Of a stretch of 32,000 bases of DNA, positions 25,884 through 32,000 are shown piece after piece; the stretch's first letter is position 1; every line of letters starts with the position of its first letter. Below the pieces are notes generated by a model, which saw only the letters and a program-made list of their open reading frames with translations, ran no database searches and was not told the origin of the DNA. Source of the DNA: Nostoc punctiforme PCC 73102 (lineage in GTDB: Bacteria > Cyanobacteriota > Cyanobacteriia > Cyanobacteriales > Nostocaceae); the NCBI RefSeq assembly GCF_000020025.1, contig NC_010628.1, forward strand, positions 6,300,001 to 6,332,000, in the 5' to 3' direction. The translations under genes and the position numbers were made by a program.

Positions 25884-27422
25884 TTGAGTGGGGAGATAAT
25901 TGTGATAAAACAAGTCGAATGGTCGGAAAATCCGGTTACATCTCAGCAAGTAATAGAATTTGAAACTGAGGTGCGATCGCAGCAAATTCAACGCACGGAA
26001 AATCAGGTAACGCCAGCACCAGTAGCCGACTCAGAGGAGGAGGATGTCGAACTAAACCAGCCAGCAAATCCGAATCGTAGCGTCGTCGAATCTGTGGGCG
26101 CGATTCCCAATCAGCTTTACGAGAGACTGGGCTTAACCATGCCTCGTTGGTTGTTGTGGATCATGACGGTTGTCATCGGCATCATCTTATCTGGGCTGCT
26201 AGTCTCGACGTTAGCACTGTGGACTCCTTTGTGGAGCAATCTCGATCGAACAGATGAAGATTTAGGAACCAATATTAAAGACGAGTTAAAAATACCGCTA
26301 CCAGGGGAGTTGTGGAGCAAACTTTCCCAGTACCAGCTTTCACGACCCATGAATATCTTAATTATGGGCATTGAACCAGTTAACGGTACTGTTGATGGTT
26401 CACCAGAAAGCTTTGCTGGCAAAAGCGACTCCATGCTGTTAGTACGGCTTAACCCTAGTGAAAAATCTGTAAGGGTGCTTTCCATTCCTAAAGATACGAT
26501 GATTGCCATCCCCGAAAAGGGAGAAAAGGGATTAACTAAGGTATCTGATGCCAATGCTAAAGGCGGCCCAGTCTTGGCAGCACGGGTAGTTAGTCGTACC
26601 TTAAACAACGCCCCAATCGATCGCTACATCCGTATTTCTACTAGCGGCTTACGGCAGTTAGTCGATCAGTTAGGCGGGGTAGAGGTCTTTGTTCCCCAAT
26701 CAATGACATATAAAGACTCCAGCAGTCGCCTCTCGATTAATTTAGTCAGTGGCTGGCAAACCCTGAACGGAGAACAAGCAGAACAGTTTGTCCGTTTCCG
26801 CGAACCAGGTTTGGGAGATTTGCCAAGAGTGCAGCGTCAGCAAGCACTAACAGCAGCATTGCTGCAACGCTTAAATAGTCCTACTATCTTACCGAGGTTG
26901 CCTCAATTAACTCGCTTAATGCGAAAATACTTTGATACCAACCTGAAGATGGAAGAAATGATGGCGTTGGTCAACTTTGGCCTCAATCTAGATCGAGATA
27001 ATTTCCAAATGACGGTGCTGCCTGGTACGTTTAGCCGCTTTAGTAAAGACCCTGATAGCTATTGGCTAGATATGACTGGACAACAGAGCCTGTTGAATGA
27101 TTATGTTGGGGTAAATGTACCTGGTCTGAAACCAGATATGCGTCAGGTTCCTAACCTCAAAATTGCTATTCAAAATGCCTCCAATCAACCTCAGCTAACT
27201 GAAAAAGTTATTGCTTATCTTAAACAGAAAGGCTTTACTAAAATTTACAAAGTACCTGATTGGCCAGATACCCAACGTCAAACTCAGATTATTGTCCAAA
27301 AAGGCAATCGGCGAGTTGGTCTTGATTTGCAAAAAGTCTTAGGCTTGGGTCAAATTGAGGTGTCAGCGATTGGTGATTTAGAATCTGACCTCACAATTCG
27401 GATTGGTAAAGATTGGAAATAG
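25884..27422 (+). CDS. LytR-CpsA-Psr (LCP) family protein with a cytoplasmic tail, one TM helix and a LytR_C-like C-terminal domain
   Basis: TM helix WLLWIMTVVIGIILSGLLVSTLALW. The LCP core is NILIMGIE…GKSDSMLLVRLNP…VRVLSIPKDT…LNGEQAEQFVRFRE. The C-terminal LKIAIQNASNQPQL…AYLKQKGF is LytR_C-like. The start is uncertain (TTG 25884 or GTG 25902). Confidence 0.85.
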   Translation: MSGEIIVIKQVEWSENPVTSQQVIEFETEVRSQQIQRTENQVTPAPVADSEEEDVELNQPANPNRSVVESVGAIPNQLYERLGLTMPRWLLWIMTVVIGIILSGLLVSTLALWTPLWSNLDRTDEDLGTNIKDELKIPLPGELWSKLSQYQLSRPMNILIMGIEPVNGTVDGSPESFAGKSDSMLLVRLNPSEKSVRVLSIPKDTMIAIPEKGEKGLTKVSDANAKGGPVLAARVVSRTLNNAPIDRYIRISTSGLRQLVDQLGGVEVFVPQSMTYKDSSSRLSINLVSGWQTLNGEQAEQFVRFREPGLGDLPRVQRQQALTAALLQRLNSPTILPRLPQLTRLMRKYFDTNLKMEEMMALVNFGLNLDRDNFQMTVLPGTFSRFSKDPDSYWLDMTGQQSLLNDYVGVNVPGLKPDMRQVPNLKIAIQNASNQPQLTEKVIAYLKQKGFTKIYKVPDWPDTQRQTQIIVQKGNRRVGLDLQKVLGLGQIEVSAIGDLESDLTIRIGKDWK

Positions 27423-27522
27423 TCATTGGTCATTAGTCATTAGTCATTAACCAAATGACAAAGCGCAAAGTCTGAGCGGAGGTTTCCTCCGATCAGAACT
27501 TTGTAAGAGAGGACTAATGACT
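27423..27522. repeat. STRR heptamers (TCATTRG x4) plus a nested palindromic element around CGGAGGTTTCCTCCG
   Basis: Four tandem heptamers at 27423-27450 start immediately after the LCP stop. agtcattagtc (27435-27445) pairs with gactaatgact (27512-27522). The inner IR is caaagtctga/tcagaactttg (27466-27475 / 27493-27503). The central palindrome lies at 27477-27491. Confidence 0.8.
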
Positions 27523-27541
27523 ACTGTAAAATAATAAAGTT

Positions 27542-28048
27542 ATGAAAAAGATTTTACTACGCTTTTTGGGTTTGATTGTAATTTTGATACTAGCATTTTG
27601 CTGGATAATACTTAATCCAAAACCGGCTTTTGCTCAACTCAATACAATTAACTACAACAATATAAATTTAGAAAATCGTGACTTTTCTAATGCTGATTTG
27701 GCAGGTGTGACCTTTGTAGCAGCAGAAATGCGGGGGACAAATTTCCAAGGGGCGAATTTAACCAACGCAATTCTCACTAAAGGAGTTTTGTTAAAAGCAA
27801 ATTTGGAAGGCGCGAACTTGAGCGGCGCTTTAGTCGATCGCGTCACTATGGATGGTGCTAACCTGAAAAATGCAATTTTTACAGAAGCAACTTTGACCCG
27901 CAGCCGTTTTTTCGATGCCGAAATTACAGGTGCTGATTTTACCGACGCTTTAATTGACCGTTATCAAGTGTCGCTAATGTGTGAAAGAGCCGATGGAGTA
28001 AATCCGGTTACGGGTATGTCAACGCGAGATAGTTTGGGTTGTAGGTAA
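27542..28048 (+). CDS. Pentapeptide-repeat protein with an N-terminal signal/anchor sequence
   Basis: Hydrophobic leader LLRFLGLIVILILAFCWIIL…AFA. This is followed by A(D/N)LxG-type pentapeptide runs (NADLAGVTFVAAEMRGTNFQGANLTNAILTKGVLLKANLEGANLSGA…). Confidence 0.9.
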   Translation: MKKILLRFLGLIVILILAFCWIILNPKPAFAQLNTINYNNINLENRDFSNADLAGVTFVAAEMRGTNFQGANLTNAILTKGVLLKANLEGANLSGALVDRVTMDGANLKNAIFTEATLTRSRFFDAEITGADFTDALIDRYQVSLMCERADGVNPVTGMSTRDSLGCR

Positions 28049-28184
28049 AGAACCTCAGCATTGAGCATAAATAAAGAGATATTTTACCGAATCTAAAGAT
28101 TTAAATTTAAATGAGAATTTGCATATTTAACAATAAACATACTTAATAACAATAAAAGTAGTAACAGCACTGGGTGAATACTAA

Positions 28185-28400
28185 ATGAGTAGAGAACAAA
28201 AGTTGTTAGCCAAGTGGCATTCTCTTCCACAAGACAAACAAGAAGAAGTTTTAGATTTTGTCAAATTTCTTCACTTGAAAAACTCTGTAAATAAAACTCC
28301 CTCGGGAGAACGTTTGTGGATCGCAAATGGCAATTATGATGCCTTCGGGGAACGGAGGAAACCTCTGCTTATCCTGGCTCCCCTAATTAAAATTGAGTGA
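28185..28400 (+). CDS. Small DUF2281-like (antitoxin-like) protein, possibly with an altered C-terminus
   Basis: WHSLPQDKQEEVLDFVKFLHLK resembles the DUF2281 motif. The 3' part contains cggaggaaacctc (28353-28365), a near copy of the palindrome at 27477-27491. There is no adjacent toxin-like ORF. Confidence 0.45.
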   Translation: MSREQKLLAKWHSLPQDKQEEVLDFVKFLHLKNSVNKTPSGERLWIANGNYDAFGERRKPLLILAPLIKIE

Positions 28401-28423
28401 GAATTGTCAAAAACCAGTTGCCT

Positions 28424-31400
28424 CTAATTACTGCTAGGAATTTCAATCAAAAACTCTGTTCCTTCTCCTGGCTTAGAAGAACATTTAATTTGACCATGAT
28501 GTTTTTCAACTACTATTTGATAGCTGATAGACAATCCTAACCCTGTACCTTTACCTGGCCCTTTAGTAGTGAAAAAGGGATCAAATATATGCGATCGCAC
28601 CTCTTCTGGAATTCCAAGACCATTATCAGCTATTCTAATTACAATCTGGTTATTAACAGCTTGTGTACTAATCCAGATACTTAAAGGTATTCTCGGACAC
28701 CTTTGGGATAACTTTAAATACCTTTGTTGTATAGTTTGAAACTTTTCTTCTAATGCATCAATACTGTTACTCAGAAGATTCATAAACACTTGATTTAGTT
28801 GCGCGGGATAGCATTCAAGCAAAGGTAAAGTAGTATATTCTTTAACAATCTCAATAGCTGGGCGTTCATTATTGTTTTTGAGCCGATGCCCTAAAATCAG
28901 CAAAGTACTATCTAACCCGTCATGAATGTCTACTGCCTTCAATTCAGCCTCATCTGTACGAGAGAAGTTTCGCAATGATAAAACAATTTCACAGATACGC
29001 TCTGTTCCTACTTTCATTGAATCAAGGGTTTTAGGTAAATCTTCGATGATAAAGTCCAAATCATGATTGTCAATTTGTTCTTGGACAGATGGTAACAGAG
29101 AGGAGTTTTGACGGTAAAGGTTCACTGCATTCAGCAGTTCTTGAGTATATTCGTTTAAATGTATAAGATTGCCAAAAATAAAACTTACAGGATTGTTGAT
29201 TTCATGAGCGACTCCAGCAAGTAGTTGTCCTAAACCTGCCATTTTTTCACCCTGAATTAACCTGGTCTGAGTTTGTTTTAATTCTTGCAGGGCTTGAGTC
29301 AGTTCTGAGGTTTGACGTTTGGTTTGTTCGAGTAATTCCGCTTGCTGAATCGCAATTCCAAATTGCACAGCTACTTGAGCTAGTAAATTGATTTCTTCCT
29401 CTTTCCAATAGCGCGGTTGCGAATTTTGGTAAGCAACCAATAATCCCCATAATTTTTCACCTTGTCGAATGGGAACAAAAGTTTCGTTGCGCGGCAGTTC
29501 ATTATCATCATCTGTGCCCTCAAAGGTTTTTAGAATCATTGGTTGGGCTTGTGCAACAGGTTTCCAACCATCTTTAAAGGAATCTGCTACAAATTTACCG
29601 CTCCAATCTGCGTTAAAGCGGTAGATTGCAACTCGCTCGACTTCGAGCAATTCTCGCACTGCTTGAGTAGTGGTTCTAAAAATAGTTTTAATATCGAGTG
29701 ACTGGCGGATTTTATCAATGGTTGCAGCCAGCAATTCTTGCCGTTCCATTGCTTTCTCGCGTTCAGTGGCTTCTGCTAACTGGACAACCTGCATTTGAAC
29801 TTGCTTTAAATAAGAATCCTGTTTTAATGCGACTCCCAATTGCTCGGCTATTTGACTGGTAAATTCAATTTCAGAGGGTTGCCAGTGACGAAAAGTAGTG
29901 CATTGATGAATACACAGTAATCCCCAAAGTTCACCTTTTTTCAATAGAGGTGCGACCAAATTTGCCCGCACTTGAAATTTTTCTAGAATTTGGATGTAGC
30001 AACCTGGAAACTTTGCTTGATAAATATCAGCGATCGCATTTACTCGACCCTGTGCATAAAGGGATGCAAAGTTTTCACCGAAGCAATAATCATAAATTTT
30101 TTCTGCTATTACCGAGTTACACTCAGGTACAACATCCTCAGAAATAAATTCTCCTTCCCAATCTTTTTGTGGGTCAAACCGAAAGACTGCCACTCGGTCT
30201 GCTTGCAGCATTTTCCGCGCCTCGGTGACAGTAGTTTGGAAGATTGTATCTAAATCTAGGGACTCTCGGATTCGAGTAATCACGCTAGTTAATGTCTTTT
30301 GTTGCTCTGCTTGGTACTGAGCGTGTGCCAGCAATTTATAGTGTCGCAGTGCCACACCAATTTGTGTGCCGATTTTGGTTAGTGATTCCACTTCATAAGA
30401 TTGCCACTGTCTAGGTGAGACATTTTGGTAAGCAGCAATGACTCCCCAAAGTTTGTCTCCTTGGAGAATAGGGGCAGTTGCAAAGGCTTTTGCCTGGAAT
30501 TGCTCCAACAGGGTTACATGACAGTCTGTTAATCCAGCTTGGTAAATGTCATTGACTGTAAATGTCTCGTTGTCAACATAACGTCCGCCTTGTGTCTGTT
30601 GTAAATAAGTATCAAAAATTGTCGGCTGAATGCCAACTAAGGGAGTCCAACCTTCAGCAAATGATTCAGCAACAAAGTTACCGCTCCAATCGGCATTAAA
30701 GCTAAATATGGCAACTCGGTCAGCTTGCAACAGCTTGCGTATTTCTTGAGTTGTGGTTTTAAAGATGGTTTCAATATCAAGGGGTGAGCGAATTTTATCG
30801 ACAATCTGAGCAATTACTTGGTCGCGTTGAGCCGCTTGAGCCAATTTTGCAGCTTGTAATTGCACTTCGTGAAGATGCTTTGCTTGTTGAATCGCAACCG
30901 TCAGATGGTCAGCAATTTGACGAATAAATTCAATTTCCGATTCTTTCCAGTTACGAGCCTCACTGCACTGATGAATGCAAAGTAATCCCCACAGTTCCTT
31001 CTGGCGCGATAAAGGGACAACGAGATTGGCCTTAACCTGAAATTTACTCAAAATTGCGGCATGGCAATCACTTAGTCCGGCATTGTAAATATCCGCTACT
31101 GCTTGGACTCGACCTTGTTGATAACTGGAAGCAAATTGTTCTCCAAAGCAATGGTCGTAAACTTTTACTTTTAACGCCGAAGTCCAACCAGGTGCAACAT
31201 TTTCAGAAACAAATTCTCCTTCCCAGTCTTTTTCTAGGTCAAACTGGAAAACAGCTACACGGTCAGCATTTAGCAGTAGACGCACTTCTGTAGCGGTAGT
31301 TTGAAAAATCGTTTCTAAGTCAAGAGACTCCCGAATTCGCACAATTACACTCGCCAGAGCCTTTTGCTGATCTAGTTGCTCTTGAAGTTGAGCGCTTGAC

Positions 31401-31441
31401 AAAAGAAGTTGATTTTCTGCGAAATTTGAATTGGGTTCCAT
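28424..31441 (-). CDS. Multi-GAF cyanobacteriochrome-type sensor histidine kinase (4 GAF, HisKA, HATPase)
   Basis: The GAFs carry CBCR signatures: [16 protein letters not shown], DIYxAGLxDCH…[10 protein letters not shown], and DXCF motifs (DHCF, DYCF). H-box GVAHEINNP (His746). HATPase motifs [15 protein letters not shown] and GTGLGLSI. Confidence 0.92.
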   Translation of the reverse strand: MEPNSNFAENQLLLSSAQLQEQLDQQKALASVIVRIRESLDLETIFQTTATEVRLLLNADRVAVFQFDLEKDWEGEFVSENVAPGWTSALKVKVYDHCFGEQFASSYQQGRVQAVADIYNAGLSDCHAAILSKFQVKANLVVPLSRQKELWGLLCIHQCSEARNWKESEIEFIRQIADHLTVAIQQAKHLHEVQLQAAKLAQAAQRDQVIAQIVDKIRSPLDIETIFKTTTQEIRKLLQADRVAIFSFNADWSGNFVAESFAEGWTPLVGIQPTIFDTYLQQTQGGRYVDNETFTVNDIYQAGLTDCHVTLLEQFQAKAFATAPILQGDKLWGVIAAYQNVSPRQWQSYEVESLTKIGTQIGVALRHYKLLAHAQYQAEQQKTLTSVITRIRESLDLDTIFQTTVTEARKMLQADRVAVFRFDPQKDWEGEFISEDVVPECNSVIAEKIYDYCFGENFASLYAQGRVNAIADIYQAKFPGCYIQILEKFQVRANLVAPLLKKGELWGLLCIHQCTTFRHWQPSEIEFTSQIAEQLGVALKQDSYLKQVQMQVVQLAEATEREKAMERQELLAATIDKIRQSLDIKTIFRTTTQAVRELLEVERVAIYRFNADWSGKFVADSFKDGWKPVAQAQPMILKTFEGTDDDNELPRNETFVPIRQGEKLWGLLVAYQNSQPRYWKEEEINLLAQVAVQFGIAIQQAELLEQTKRQTSELTQALQELKQTQTRLIQGEKMAGLGQLLAGVAHEINNPVSFIFGNLIHLNEYTQELLNAVNLYRQNSSLLPSVQEQIDNHDLDFIIEDLPKTLDSMKVGTERICEIVLSLRNFSRTDEAELKAVDIHDGLDSTLLILGHRLKNNNERPAIEIVKEYTTLPLLECYPAQLNQVFMNLLSNSIDALEEKFQTIQQRYLKLSQRCPRIPLSIWISTQAVNNQIVIRIADNGLGIPEEVRSHIFDPFFTTKGPGKGTGLGLSISYQIVVEKHHGQIKCSSKPGEGTEFLIEIPSSN

Positions 31442-31829
31442 TGCTCTGGATTTTGTTTATACAAGGGTTCCTATCCTAATACCAAACTTCATGAGTCCAA
31501 AATATGACAAACTGTAAAAATTTACAGTTTTCAACTATTTCCCAGAAGCTGGCTATTGTTATAGTTCCCCTTTCTCGATCTATCCTCGTAATGGGTTAAA
31601 AATAATTTTGGCTTGTATACAACAAAAGACATGAATAATTCAAGGTTTGTAGTCAGAGGTAGCCCTTACTAAGAGCTAATTCGATTAATTCCACATTGCG
31701 ATCGCAGGCATCGCACTTAAAATGACTATAAACTAATGACTGATTTGCCAAAATTTACCTGACAGACTGCGGAATTTCAGGTTAAATGTTTTAAAGTATG
31801 CACTCTGTAAGAGTTGTCGGGTATTATTC

Positions 31830-32000
31830 GTGACACAACAAGACCAAAAACCCTCTCGTTCTTTCGCTGGAATTGCTGGCATTGTTGCCGCAGCCACATT
31901 AATTAGTAAAGTCTTCGGTTTAGTGCGGCAGCAAGCGATCGCTGCGGCTTTTGGTGTTGGTGCTGCTGCTACCGCCTATAGCTACGCCTATATAATCCCT
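31830..32000 (+). CDS. murJ: Lipid II flippase MurJ (MviN), 5' partial that runs off the window
   Basis: From GTG 31830 the open frame reads VTQQDQKPSRSFAGIAGIVAAATLISKVFGLVRQQAIAAAFGVGAAATAYSYAYIIP. This matches the conserved MurJ N-terminus (…LISrvlGlvRe..iAa.FG.g…dAy..Ay.iP). An in-frame stop lies at 31737-31739 and there is no in-frame ATG between it and 31830. Confidence 0.7.
   Translation, partial: MTQQDQKPSRSFAGIAGIVAAATLISKVFGLVRQQAIAAAFGVGAAATAYSYAYIIP

Noticed and set aside
28185-28400. A toxin-antitoxin module around the DUF2281-like ORF
   Set aside because: No PIN-like or other toxin-like ORF is adjacent. The next gene is the convergent histidine kinase, so at most this is an orphan or decayed antitoxin-like gene.
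1-32000. A defence island, prophage, or secondary-metabolite/RiPP cluster
   Set aside because: I saw no integrase, transposase, restriction-modification or nuclease-helicase genes, no capsid or terminase genes, and no NRPS, PKS or cyclodehydratase-like genes. Gene content is housekeeping, signalling and envelope functions.

Overview
This window looks like chromosomal DNA from a filamentous, Nostoc/Anabaena-type cyanobacterium. By eye there are about 30 perfect copies of the HIP1 octamer GCGATCGC, STRR-type tandem heptamers sit at gene ends, and the gene content is typically cyanobacterial. I support about 27 protein genes. They cover signalling (an XRE regulator coupled to a 1254-aa hybrid PAS/GAF histidine kinase, a Ser/Thr kinase, and a 1005-aa multi-GAF cyanobacteriochrome-like histidine kinase). 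They also cover envelope functions (O-antigen-ligase-like protein, mannose-1-P guanylyltransferase, LCP protein, start of murJ), a glycerol-dehydrogenase-like/aminotransferase operon, an ABC-2 exporter, an ABC1 kinase, and several small conserved proteins. I found no rRNA, tRNA, CRISPR array, transposase, integrase or recognisable defence or phage module, and I cannot point to a clear new multi-gene system. The observations most worth follow-up are: (1) the A-B-A'-B' cyanobacteriochrome GAF array, with one Cys-His to Cys-Tyr variant and one decayed GAF; (2) two paralogous units of about 115 bp (hairpin plus U-run on the minus strand, plus a conserved box) that flank a MITE/SDR-dense spacer and look like a pair of small-RNA genes; (3) an As(III)-type ArsR gene interrupted by a single in-frame TAA; (4) repeat-derived in-frame inserts in two genes; (5) a Ser/Thr kinase with an unrecognisable, A+T-richer C-terminal domain beyond its transmembrane helix. 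All functional calls rest on motif recognition by eye, because no database search was possible.
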